Shown: piece by piece, positions 37,028 through 46,110 of the stretch | How positions within the stretch are numbered: the first letter of the stretch is position 1 | How the letters are laid out: every line of letters starts with the position of its first letter | Origin: Kiloniellaceae bacterium | GTDB taxonomy: Bacteria; Pseudomonadota; Alphaproteobacteria; Kiloniellales; Kiloniellaceae | Assembly (NCBI GenBank): GCA_009377535.1 | Contig: WHTV01000007.1 | Location: 1,891 to 65,890, forward strand | Length of the DNA stretch: 64,000 nt | Direction: 5' to 3' | Position numbers and translations under genes: made by a program | Notes under the pieces: generated by a model | What the model was told of the DNA's origin: nothing | The model's input: only the letters and a program-made list of their open reading frames with translations | Database searches by the model: none

Positions 37028-37285
37028 TCAGCGGCAGACGAAACTGATCTCGTAGCCGCCGGGCTCACGGTCGGTGTCGAACTCGTCGGCATCCTTGCCG
37101 TAGGCCTGCTCGCAGTAGTTGTCGGCGAACTCGGCAGCCAGGGCGCGGTCCTCGGTGTCGACATAGCTGAAGGTGACCACCGGCGCGTCGTCGGGCGGTG
37201 GCTCGTTGTCGGCGCGGTAGCTGGTGCAGGCGACCGGCAGCAGCGCGACGACAGTCGCGCAGGCGGCGAACGTCATAGAGCGCAT
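37028..37285 (-). CDS. small acidic lipoprotein (paralog B)
   Basis: Lipobox LPVAC; 24/52 ungapped identity to 30346-30585. Confidence 0.75.
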   Translation of the reverse strand: MRSMTFAACATVVALLPVACTSYRADNEPPPDDAPVVTFSYVDTEDRALAAEFADNYCEQAYGKDADEFDTDREPGGYEISFVCR

Positions 37286-37355
37286 TCCGCTTCTCCATTA
37301 CAGTTGGGTCCGCGCTCTAAACGCGTTGATCGGAATTCCGGTTCCGCCGGTTCAC

Positions 37356-37679
37356 TCAGGTTTCCGGCAGACAGATCCTGGCGCCGTTGGAATAGGCCAC
37401 CATGAGCTCGGCCACTTCCGACCCGACGTTGCGGGTCTGGTGTAGGGCTCCCCGGGGGATCAGAACGGTCTCGCCGGGCTCCAGCGGCAACCAGTCACTA
37501 CCGCGCCGTTGTTCAATGCGCCCGGACAGGACATGCACGGCTTCCGAACAGTCGGGATGGCGATGCGCAGGCGACGTCACGCCGGGCGCGACCGTCATGC
37601 GGGCAAGACTGAGGCCGGCTTGCGGATCTATGGCGTCTTCCATGAGCCATTGCATGGTGACGCCGGATGGCAGACTCAT
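37356..37679 (-). CDS. cupin domain protein
   Basis: HRHPDCSE...IPRGALH cupin motifs; ATG 37679. Confidence 0.85.
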   Translation of the reverse strand: MSLPSGVTMQWLMEDAIDPQAGLSLARMTVAPGVTSPAHRHPDCSEAVHVLSGRIEQRRGSDWLPLEPGETVLIPRGALHQTRNVGSEVAELMVAYSNGARICLPET

Positions 37680-37783
37680 TGGTGATTCCTCCCACGTCCG
37701 CGGCGGGAGCCAGCCTACCTCAGGCCGTGGCAGACGCAAGCCGTGCCGCGAGGACCGCTCGCAGCCATTCACCTGACCGAAGG

Positions 37784-38128
37784 CTAGCGCTGCCTCTGAA
37801 CCTGATGCTGCTGCCCCACATGCTTCTGCGAGGTCAGCACCGTCTCGACCTGGAAGACCTGGCGCAAGCAGCGGGCAATGTAGTCGCCGGCGGCCACGTC
37901 GAGGCCGTTCACCTGCACGTCGATGGAGAGTTCGCGGCCGCCCTGTCCCGTGACGTCGCTGTGCCAGCGGGTCGGCACCAAGCCGCGCTTGGCGAAGAGC
38001 TGCAGAACCCGCGGCATGACCCCCGGCTCGGCCTCGGCCAGGATGGAAAAGCAGTAGACGGTCGCGCACGCAGGTAACGGGCGCGTCAACTCAGGAAGAG
38101 GCTGGGAAAGAGAACTCTGAGCGGCCAT
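37784..38128 (-). CDS. stand-alone ACT domain protein
   Basis: FSILAEAEPGVMPRVLQLFAKRGL ACT motif. Confidence 0.82.
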   Translation of the reverse strand: MAAQSSLSQPLPELTRPLPACATVYCFSILAEAEPGVMPRVLQLFAKRGLVPTRWHSDVTGQGGRELSIDVQVNGLDVAAGDYIARCLRQVFQVETVLTSQKHVGQQHQVQRQR

Positions 38129-38167
38129 GAAACGGCCCTCCTGTACGGTCACACCTAAAGACGAATC

Positions 38168-38242
38168 ACGAAAACCCGACTACCCCCTGGGTGCCGGGTC
38201 CGTAATTCGAATGGCGATGCCGAACGGAAGCTCAGTGCTCAT
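38168..38242 (-). promoter_or_regulatory. putative leader peptide (MSTELPFGIAIRITDPAPRG) and attenuator terminator
   Basis: 21-codon uORF 38242-38180 with I-A-I-R-I, overlapping hairpin ACCCGGCACCC/GGGTAGTCGGGT followed by TTT; TTGACT -35 at 38275-38280. Confidence 0.6.
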
Positions 38243-38302
38243 GATCTGCCGATGAGACGCCCTGTGGCCGCAAAAGTCAACCGAATCGGGCCTTAACCAA
38301 AC

Positions 38303-39385
38303 TTAAGCCGACCACACAAGGCGGCGCTGGCGCAGCATGGTCTCGTCGAAGGCACCCTGGTAGTCCGCCGCCTTGCCGGCGAAATCCATGAAGGAGGCAT
38401 GGATCCTCCGCGTCAAAGCGTCGGTCTCGCCGATTTCGCCGATCACCTCCAGGGTGATCTTACCGAGGCGGGCAACGATTTCGTCGGGGAACCTGCGCAA
38501 CTCGACGTCGTAGTCGTTCAGCAGCGGCTTGAAAGCCTGGATGTTATGGTAGGTGAAGTCGGTCGTGGTGTCCTGCGCCGTGGCCGCCGCGGCGTAGCGC
38601 ACGATGGCCTGCAGGTCGGCCGGCAGGGCCTCGAACTTGGCCCTGTTGACGGAGATCTCCAGGCCGGGCCCCGGCTCGTGGAAGGCCGGCACGTAGTAGT
38701 ACTTGGCGACCTTCTGCAGGCCGAAGGCGACGTCGTTCCAGGGGCCGATCCACTCGGCCGCGTCGATGGCGCCGGACTGCATGGCCGGCAGAATCTCACC
38801 CGGCGGCAGCAGCAGCACGAGGGAGCCGGCGCGGCGCATCACCTCGCCGCCGAGGCCGGCCATGCGGATCTTGAGGCCCTGCAGGTCCTCCCACCTGTTG
38901 ATCTCGCGGCGGAACCAGCCGCCGGCCTGCACGCCGCTCGATCCGGCATAGAAGGGGACGACGCCGAAGTCGGCATAGGCCTCCTCCCACAGCGCCTGGC
39001 CGCCGCCGTAGGTCAGCCAGGCCGGCAGCTCGACCGAGTTGAGGCCGAAAGGGATGGTGGTGAAGTAGTTGAAGGCCTTCGACTTGCCGACCCAGTAGTA
39101 AGGCGTGCCGTGCAGCAGGTCGGCCGTGCCGCTCTGTACCGCATCGAAGCTCTCGAAAGGCGGCACTAGTTCGCCGGCGGCGAAGAGCTTGATGATGAGG
39201 CGCCCGCCGCTCATGGCGTTCACCCGCTCGACGAAACGTTCGGCGTTCACGCCGACGCCCGGCGCGCCCTTGGGCCAGGGCATCACCATGGCCCACTCGG
39301 TGCGCTCCTGGGCGATGGCCGGCGCGGCCAGGCTGCTGGCGGCGGCGGCGGCACCCGCGCCCTTCACGAACTCGCGACGTTTCAT
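38303..39385 (-). CDS. TRAP substrate-binding protein (TakP/monocarboxylate type), Tat signal
   Basis: MKRREFV...APAIAQ; KIRMAGLGG, AAEWIGPWND, FHEPG. Confidence 0.9.
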   Translation of the reverse strand: MKRREFVKGAGAAAAASSLAAPAIAQERTEWAMVMPWPKGAPGVGVNAERFVERVNAMSGGRLIIKLFAAGELVPPFESFDAVQSGTADLLHGTPYYWVGKSKAFNYFTTIPFGLNSVELPAWLTYGGGQALWEEAYADFGVVPFYAGSSGVQAGGWFRREINRWEDLQGLKIRMAGLGGEVMRRAGSLVLLLPPGEILPAMQSGAIDAAEWIGPWNDVAFGLQKVAKYYYVPAFHEPGPGLEISVNRAKFEALPADLQAIVRYAAAATAQDTTTDFTYHNIQAFKPLLNDYDVELRRFPDEIVARLGKITLEVIGEIGETDALTRRIHASFMDFAGKAADYQGAFDETMLRQRRLVWSA

Positions 39386-39467
39386 CTTGCTTCCTCCCAA
39401 AGGCGGCGGCTGCATTTCCACAATCGGACGGTTTGCGCGGGAGATTAGCTGCCTTGGCGGCAGAAAG

Positions 39468-41549
39468 CTACGCCGCCTCTTGGGTGGCGCGGTCGACGAT
39501 GTCGACGATGTCGTCGAGGATGGCGGTGAGGTCGTAGTCCTTGGGCGTGTAGACCGCCGCGACGCCGACCCGCTTCAGTGCGGCCGCGTCCTCCGGCGGA
39601 ATGATGCCGCCGGCGACCAGCGGCACGCGGGCAATGCCTGCCTGCGACATGCGCGCCAGTACCTCGCCGACCAGGGCGACGTGGGAGCCGGAAAGGATCG
39701 ACAGCCCGATCACGTGAACACCTTCCTCCAGCGCCGCGCCGACGATCTGCGCCGGGGTCAGCCGGATGCCCTCGTAGACCACCTCGAAGCCGGCGTCGCG
39801 GGCGCGCACGGCGATCTGCTCGGCGCCGTTGGAATGGCCGTCGAGGCCGGGCTTGCCGACCAGCATCTTCACGCGGCGGCCAAGCCGGCGCGACAGCGCC
39901 TCGACCCGTGCCCGCACCGGGGCAAGGGAGTCCTCCTCCGCCGCCGCCTGGGTGGCGGCACCGCCGACGCCGGTCGGCGCGCGGTATTCGCCGAAGACCC
40001 GGCGCAGCGCCTCGCCCCACTCGCCGGTGGTCACCCCGGCATGGGCGCAGGCGATGGAGGGTTCCATGATGTTGGCGCCGTCGCGCGCCGCCGCTTCGAG
40101 AACGGCCAGCGCCTTCCCCACGGCGCCGCGGTCGCGCGCCTGACGCCAGGCCTCCAGGCCGGCGAGCTGGCCGACCTCCGCCTCGGGGTCGGGTGCCAGA
40201 AAGCCGCCGTCGGCTCCTTCGACCAGCGGCGAGGGCTCGCTGTCCTGGTAGGCGTTCACGCCGACCACCGTCTGCTGGCCGCTTTCGATGGCCTCCAGGC
40301 GCCGCGCCGCGCTCTCGACCAGTTGCTCCTTCATGTAGGCGCTCTCCACCGCCACGACAGCGCCGCCCATGGCCTTGATGCGCGCGAGTTCGGCGCGCGC
40401 CTCGGCCTTCAGCTCCGCGACCTTGGCGGCGATCACGGTGGAGCCGTCGAAGATGTCCTCGTATTCCAGGAGGTCGGTCTCAAAGGCGAGGATCTGCTGC
40501 AGGCGCAGGCTCCACTGCTGGTCCCAGGGTCGCGGCAGGCCGAGCGCCTCGTTCCAGGCCGGCAGCTGCACGGCGCGCGCCCTGGCGCCCTTCGACAGGG
40601 TCACCGCCAGCATTTCCAGGAGAATGCGGTAGACATTATTTTCCGGCTGCTGCTCGGTAAGGCCGAGCGAGTTCACCTGCACGCCGTAGCGGAAGCGCCG
40701 GTACTTCTCCTCTTCGATGCCGTAGCGCTCCCGGCAGATTTCGTCCCACAGCTCGGTGAAGGCGCGCATCTTGCAGATCTCGGTGACGAAGCGCAGGCCG
40801 GCATTCACGAAGAAGGAGATGCGGCCGACCACCTGCGGAAAGTCCGCCGCCGGCACCTGGCCGGACTCGCGCAGCGAATCCAGCACTGCAACCGCCGTCG
40901 CCAGGGCGAAGGCGAGCTCCTGCACGGGCGTCGCCCCGGCCTCCTGCAGATGGTAGGAGCAGACGTTGGTCGGGTTCCACTTCGGCACCTCGCGGTAGGT
41001 GAAGGCGATCACGTCGGTGATCAGCCGCAGCGAGGGCTCCGGCGGGAAGATGTAGGTACCGCGCGAGAGGTATTCCTTGATGATGTCATTCTGCACCGTG
41101 CCGGTGAGATCGCCGCGCGCCGCGCCCTGCTTCTCCGCGCAGGCGATATAAAGCGCCAATAGCCAGGGCGCCGTGGCGTTGATGGTCATCGAGGTGTTCA
41201 TGCGCGCGAGCGGGATCTCGGCGAAGAGCTTCTCCATGTCGCCGAGGTGGCTCACCGGCACGCCGACCTTGCCGACCTCGCCCTTAGCCAGGGGATGGTC
41301 GGAGTCGTAGCCGGTCTGCGTCGGCAGGTCGAAGGCGACCGACAGGCCGGTCTGCCCGCGCGCCAGGTTCTTGCGGTAGAGCGCGTTGGAGGCGGCCGCC
41401 GTCGAGTGGCCCGCATAGGTGCGGATCAGCCACGGCTTGTCGCGCCCGCGCGTTTGGACAGGATCGTGCCCGCGCAGCGGCTTTTCTGCCTTCCCGGCCT
41501 CGGATCTGTCCGCCTTATCGCCCAGCTCTGTCACGCCCGCCTTCTCCAC
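39468..41549 (-). CDS. ecm: ethylmalonyl-CoA mutase (MeaA), B12-dependent
   Basis: PWLIRTYAGHS, GLSVAFDLPTQTGYD, GKPGLDGHSNG B12 motif; divergent from ccr. Confidence 0.95.
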   Translation of the reverse strand: MEKAGVTELGDKADRSEAGKAEKPLRGHDPVQTRGRDKPWLIRTYAGHSTAAASNALYRKNLARGQTGLSVAFDLPTQTGYDSDHPLAKGEVGKVGVPVSHLGDMEKLFAEIPLARMNTSMTINATAPWLLALYIACAEKQGAARGDLTGTVQNDIIKEYLSRGTYIFPPEPSLRLITDVIAFTYREVPKWNPTNVCSYHLQEAGATPVQELAFALATAVAVLDSLRESGQVPAADFPQVVGRISFFVNAGLRFVTEICKMRAFTELWDEICRERYGIEEEKYRRFRYGVQVNSLGLTEQQPENNVYRILLEMLAVTLSKGARARAVQLPAWNEALGLPRPWDQQWSLRLQQILAFETDLLEYEDIFDGSTVIAAKVAELKAEARAELARIKAMGGAVVAVESAYMKEQLVESAARRLEAIESGQQTVVGVNAYQDSEPSPLVEGADGGFLAPDPEAEVGQLAGLEAWRQARDRGAVGKALAVLEAAARDGANIMEPSIACAHAGVTTGEWGEALRRVFGEYRAPTGVGGAATQAAAEEDSLAPVRARVEALSRRLGRRVKMLVGKPGLDGHSNGAEQIAVRARDAGFEVVYEGIRLTPAQIVGAALEEGVHVIGLSILSGSHVALVGEVLARMSQAGIARVPLVAGGIIPPEDAAALKRVGVAAVYTPKDYDLTAILDDIVDIVDRATQEAA

Positions 41550-41714
41550 TCTCGCCTAGCCTTATTATAGGACGGCGCCGGCCCTTCTGCATTCCCTGTT
41601 GCAGCGCACCTAGGCGACCCCAGACCGCCAAACTCACGTTATCATGTTTCTTTTGGAAGCGAGAAATGACAGAAAATTCCAAAAAAATCACCTATAACGT
41701 AAAGAACGATGTCA

Positions 41715-41752
41715 TTGTGCATTGCACAAAAGCGACCGGGTGTCTATAGAAT
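41715..41752 (+). promoter_or_regulatory. ccr promoter with a PhaR-like palindrome over the -35
   Basis: TTGCAC, 17 bp, TATAGA(AT); palindrome TTGTGCA-T-TGCACAA at 41715-41729. Confidence 0.55.
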
Positions 41753-41904
41753 CAGGGAAAAGCCGCGCTGCTCATGGGTATCCTGCGCCGAAAAGCGCAG
41801 TTTTCCACTGACTTCCGGCAAATGCCGACGCAGTTGCGAAGGAACTTGGCAGAGCCGCCCCCGTTCACGGCAGGGGAGCCGGCGCAGACTGGAGGGTTTG
41901 AGTG

Positions 41905-43215
41905 ATGGCCAAAGTGCTTGCAGGTGCCGCTAAGGGATCGAGCGAGGGCGCCGAGACGGCGGCGCCACAGCCGCCGCTGAAGGATCTCTACGAGGTCGGC
42001 GAGGTTCCCCCGCTGGGCCACGTGCCCGACAAGATGCACGCCTGGGTGATCCGCCGCGAGCGCCACGGCGAACCGGAAAAGGCCATGCAGATCGAGGTGG
42101 TCGACACGCCGAAGCTCGACAGCCACGACGTGCTCGTCATGGTGATGGCCGCGGGCGTGAACTACAACGGCGTCTGGGCCGGCCTGGGCACGCCGATCTC
42201 TCCCTTCGACGTGCACAAGGCGCCCTATCATGTCGCCGGCTCTGATGCCGCCGGCGTGGTCTGGGCCGTCGGCTCCCAGGTGAAGCGCTGGAAGGTCGGC
42301 GACGAGGTGGTGGTGCACTGCAATCAGGACGACGGCGACGACGAGGAGTGCAACGGCGGCGACCCGATGTTCTCCCCCTCCCAGCGCATCTGGGGCTACG
42401 AGACGCCGGACGGCTCCTTCGCCCAGTTCGCCCGTGTCCAAGACCGCCAGATCATGCCGCGGCCACGCCACCTGACCTGGGAGGAGAGCGGCTGCTACAC
42501 CCTGACGCTCGCTACCGCCTATCGCATGCTGTTCGGCCACCGCCCGCACATCCTCAGGCCCGGCCACAACGTGCTGGTCTGGGGCGCCTCCGGTGGCCTC
42601 GGCTCCATGGCGATTCAGCTGATCGCCACGGCCGGCGCCAACGCCATCGGCGTGATCTCCGACGAGGACAAGCGCGACTTCGTCATGTCGCTGGGCGCCA
42701 AGGGCGTCATCAACCGCAAGGACTTCGACTGCTGGGGCCAGCTGCCGCCAGTGAACAGCGAGGGCTTCGGCGACTACATGCGTAAGGTGCGCGAGTTCGG
42801 CAAGGCAATCTGGCAGGTCACCGGCAAGGGCAACGACGTCGACTTCGTCTTCGAGCATCCCGGCGAGCAGACCTTCCCGGTCAGCTGCTTCGTGGTGAAG
42901 CGCGGCGGCATGGTGGTGTTCTGCGCCGGCACCACGGGCTACAACTTGACCTTCGACGCGCGCTTCGTGTGGATGCGCCAGAAGCGCATCCAGGGCAGCC
43001 ACTTCGCCAACCTGATGCAGGCCAGTCAGGCCAACAACCTGATGGTGGAGCGACGCATCGACCCCTGCATGTCGGAGGTCTTCGCCTGGCGCGACATCCC
43101 GCGTGCCCACACCAAGATGATGAAAAACCAGCACCGGCCCGGCAACATGGCGGTGCTGGTGCAGGCGAAGCGCCCGGGACTGCGCACCCTGGAAGACGCG
43201 GCGGCAGAAGACTGA
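41905..43215 (+). CDS. ccr: crotonyl-CoA carboxylase/reductase
   Basis: KDLYEVGEVPPLG, GVNYNGVWA, WGYETPDGSFAQF, QKRIQGSHFAN. Confidence 0.97.
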   Translation: MAKVLAGAAKGSSEGAETAAPQPPLKDLYEVGEVPPLGHVPDKMHAWVIRRERHGEPEKAMQIEVVDTPKLDSHDVLVMVMAAGVNYNGVWAGLGTPISPFDVHKAPYHVAGSDAAGVVWAVGSQVKRWKVGDEVVVHCNQDDGDDEECNGGDPMFSPSQRIWGYETPDGSFAQFARVQDRQIMPRPRHLTWEESGCYTLTLATAYRMLFGHRPHILRPGHNVLVWGASGGLGSMAIQLIATAGANAIGVISDEDKRDFVMSLGAKGVINRKDFDCWGQLPPVNSEGFGDYMRKVREFGKAIWQVTGKGNDVDFVFEHPGEQTFPVSCFVVKRGGMVVFCAGTTGYNLTFDARFVWMRQKRIQGSHFANLMQASQANNLMVERRIDPCMSEVFAWRDIPRAHTKMMKNQHRPGNMAVLVQAKRPGLRTLEDAAAED

Positions 43216-43231
43216 GGGCGGGAAACCAGCC

Positions 43232-43831
43232 ATGGCGATCGCCTGCCTGGCCGCGGAAGCGGATTACGCGAACGACAAGCTAGCCCGGTGCGGCTATGCG
43301 CTGATTGACGGCTCGGCGCTCGATCTCGCCGCGGCCGTCGCTTCCTTCGACGCATTGCGTGCGGGTTCGCAGGAGTCCGCAGGCATCGCGCCGGACCATC
43401 CGCTGGTTGCGGCGCTGCTCTCGCAGCCTGCCGTGCGCGAGCTGGTCGCCGAGGCCGTCGGGCCCGGCGCCCGTCCGTTGCGCGCGCTTGCCCTTGACCA
43501 GACGGGCCACGCCAACCGCTTCATGGCCTGGCATCAGTCGCCGGGTGCGGCTTCGGACGAGGCGCTGTCGTGCGGTCTGATCCTGCGCTGGTACCTGGAC
43601 CTCATCGGCCCCGCCGACGGCGGCCTGCGGGTGCTGCCCGGCAGCCACCTGGCCGGCTGCCTCAGCTCGGAAGAGATCGACAAGCTGGCCGCCGGGACCC
43701 CGGCCGTTGAGCTGGCCGTCTCCGCCGGCACGGTCCTGGCGCTGCGCCCGCTGCTGGTGCAGGGCGCCCGCCGGCGCACGACAAGAGGGCATCGCCGGGT
43801 CCTGCAGGTAGAGTTGGCCGCACAGCCCTAA
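43232..43831 (+). CDS. PhyH-family protein lacking two Fe ligands (possible pseudoenzyme)
   Basis: WHQS instead of WHQD; LRVLPGSH retained; RPLLVQ instead of RPLLxH; HRRVL. Confidence 0.65.
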   Translation: MAIACLAAEADYANDKLARCGYALIDGSALDLAAAVASFDALRAGSQESAGIAPDHPLVAALLSQPAVRELVAEAVGPGARPLRALALDQTGHANRFMAWHQSPGAASDEALSCGLILRWYLDLIGPADGGLRVLPGSHLAGCLSSEEIDKLAAGTPAVELAVSAGTVLALRPLLVQGARRRTTRGHRRVLQVELAAQP

Positions 43832-43872
43832 CACCCCGTGGTAAGATCCAGCAGCGTAGAAGGTTGAGAGAG

Positions 43873-45546
43873 ATGTCGATCGTGCATGCCGAGGCCGACC
43901 GCGAGAGCCTGATCCTGCCCGACCTGCTGGCGACCTGCGCTGCGGCGCTGACTGCGGCCGAGGCCTTCGGCGAAGCGGCACGGCACGCCGTTGCCCGGCT
44001 GGTCGCTCCCGGTGGCAAGGTCGACGCGGCCCTGCTGGAGCGCGAGCAGTTTGCCGCCCACGGCTATGCCTGGCTCGCGACCTACGTCGCGGCGCTGCGC
44101 GAGATGCTGCACTGGGCCGAGCGCCTGCAGGCCGCCGGACAGCTCGGCGAGCTGGAAAATCTCATGCTGCAGGCTGCCTACGGCGAATACCTCAGCCAGC
44201 TGACCGGGGGCATCGCCCTCAGCCAGGTCGAGGTGCTGCGGCCCGGCGACCTCGGCCTCGGCGGAGCCGACATCGCCATGCTGGAGATGCCGGCGGTGAG
44301 GAAGCTGACCGCGAACGGCAACGCGCTGCGCATGGCGATCGCCGCGCACCTCGCCGAGGGCCGCTTCGGCGAGGCGGGGCTCGCCGACGAGACGCTGGAG
44401 ATGATCCGCGGCCAGTTCCGCAAGGTGGCCGAGGATCACAAGGAAGCCGCGCACCAGTGGCACCTGAAGGACGCACTGATCCCGCTGGAAGTGGTCGAGC
44501 AGTTGGCCGGCCTCGGCGTCTTCGGCCTGACCGTGCCGGAAGCCTTCGGCGGCGCCGGCCTCGGCAAGCTCGCCATGTGCGTGGTGACCGAGGAGCTGTC
44601 GCGCGGCTACATCGGCTTGGGGTCCCTGGGCACCCGCTCGGAGATCGCCGCCGAGCTGATCCGCCTCGGCGGCACCAAGGCACAGCAGGAGAAGTGGCTG
44701 CCGCTCATCGCCTCCGGAGAGATCCTGCCGACCGCCGTCTTCACCGAGCCCAACACCGGCTCCGACCTCGGCAGCCTGCGCACGCGCGCGGTGCGGGACG
44801 GCGACACCTACAAGATCACCGGCAACAAGACCTGGATCACCCATGCCGCGCGCAGCGACCTGATGACGCTGCTGGCGCGCAGCGATCCCGACGAGGCCGC
44901 CTATCGGGGGCTTTCCATGTTCCTGGCCGAAAAGCCGCGCGGGACAGAGGCCGAGCCCTTCCCGGCCCCGGGCATGACCGGCGGCGAGATCAAGGTGCTC
45001 GGCTACCGCGGCATGAAGGAGTACGAGCTGGGCTTCGACGGCTTCGAGGTGAAGGCGGAGAACCTGCTGGGCGGCGTCGAGGGCCAGGGCTTCAAGCAGC
45101 TGATGGCGACCTTCGAGTCGGCGCGCATCCAGACCGCGGCCCGCGCCGTCGGCGTGGCGCAGTCGGCCCTCGAGCTCGGCCTCGCCTACGCCCAGGACAG
45201 GAAGCAGTTCGGCAAGGCGATCATCGAGTTTCCGCGCGTGGCGGGCAAGCTCGCCTGGATGGCGGTGGAGACCATGGTGGCGCGCCAGCTCACCTACTTC
45301 GCCGCGCGCCAGAAGGACTCCGAGCGGCGCTGCGACATCGAGGCCGGCATGGCCAAGCTGCTGGGCGCGCGCGTCGCCTGGGCCAACGCCGACAACGCCC
45401 TGCAGGTGCACGGCGGCAACGGCTATGCCGAGGAATACAAGATCTCCCGCGTGCTCTGCGACGCGCGCATCCTCAACATCTTCGAGGGCGCCGCGGAGAT
45501 CCAGGCCCAGGTGATCGCGCGAGGGTTGCTCTCAGGTCGGAACTAG
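43873..45546 (+). CDS. mcd: acyl-CoA dehydrogenase, (2S)-methylsuccinyl-CoA dehydrogenase type
   Basis: ~560 aa with N-terminal extension (QFAAHGYAWLATY), FTEPNTGSD, VHGGNGY; adjacent to ccr/ecm. Confidence 0.88.
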   Translation: MSIVHAEADRESLILPDLLATCAAALTAAEAFGEAARHAVARLVAPGGKVDAALLEREQFAAHGYAWLATYVAALREMLHWAERLQAAGQLGELENLMLQAAYGEYLSQLTGGIALSQVEVLRPGDLGLGGADIAMLEMPAVRKLTANGNALRMAIAAHLAEGRFGEAGLADETLEMIRGQFRKVAEDHKEAAHQWHLKDALIPLEVVEQLAGLGVFGLTVPEAFGGAGLGKLAMCVVTEELSRGYIGLGSLGTRSEIAAELIRLGGTKAQQEKWLPLIASGEILPTAVFTEPNTGSDLGSLRTRAVRDGDTYKITGNKTWITHAARSDLMTLLARSDPDEAAYRGLSMFLAEKPRGTEAEPFPAPGMTGGEIKVLGYRGMKEYELGFDGFEVKAENLLGGVEGQGFKQLMATFESARIQTAARAVGVAQSALELGLAYAQDRKQFGKAIIEFPRVAGKLAWMAVETMVARQLTYFAARQKDSERRCDIEAGMAKLLGARVAWANADNALQVHGGNGYAEEYKISRVLCDARILNIFEGAAEIQAQVIARGLLSGRN

Positions 45547-45553
45547 CGGCGGC

Positions 45554-45727
45554 TCAGGCCGGCGGCCAGACTGCCGTGGCCACGATGTTGAGCAACTGTT
45601 CGAGGGACTCGCCGGCAAGGGTCAGCGCGGCGATCCCGGCGACGGATATCAGGGCAGCGATCAGCCCGTACTCGATCGCGGCGGTGCCCCTTTCGTCCTC
45701 GCCGATCCAATTCAGAACGTCCAGCAT
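45554..45727 (-). CDS. Flp/Fap type IVb pilin (57 aa, not in the ORF track)
   Basis: MLDVLNWIGEDERG|TAAIEYGLIAALISVAGIAAL; AGGAA SD. Confidence 0.85.
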   Translation of the reverse strand: MLDVLNWIGEDERGTAAIEYGLIAALISVAGIAALTLAGESLEQLLNIVATAVWPPA

Positions 45728-46110
45728 TTCCTGTTCCGATCTTTTTTTTCCGCAAGGCCTTCAGCCTGCCGACTGCGTGTTAGCATTCAGTGAAGCTTTG
45801 CCGCCATTTGCGGGGCATTCGAGGCAAATGCACCGCTGCCGCCTGCCGACCGCAAAGACCCTGGCAGGGGCTTGCAACCATCGGATAGCCGGCATCCTCA
45901 AAAGAGGCGCCTGCCCTCACCAATGAGAGCGGGCGGAAACCGCCGATCCGGGATAGCGTCCCACTGTCGCGGAGGCCCCGTAAAAGTCGGGATGCTGCGG
46001 ACGCGAAGCCCGTGTCCCCCGCGACAAGCTGTGGATCAAGGCGCACCTCGACAGCGCATCCGGCCGCCGAGCCACCGGCGTGCGGTCGGGCAACCTGGCG
46101 CCGCCGCATG

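Noticed and set aside
45945-45985. AGTGGGACGC on the minus strand, resembling a c-di-GMP-I riboswitch
   Set aside because: The GGCAAAC/GAAA P2 and GCAAAG elements are missing.
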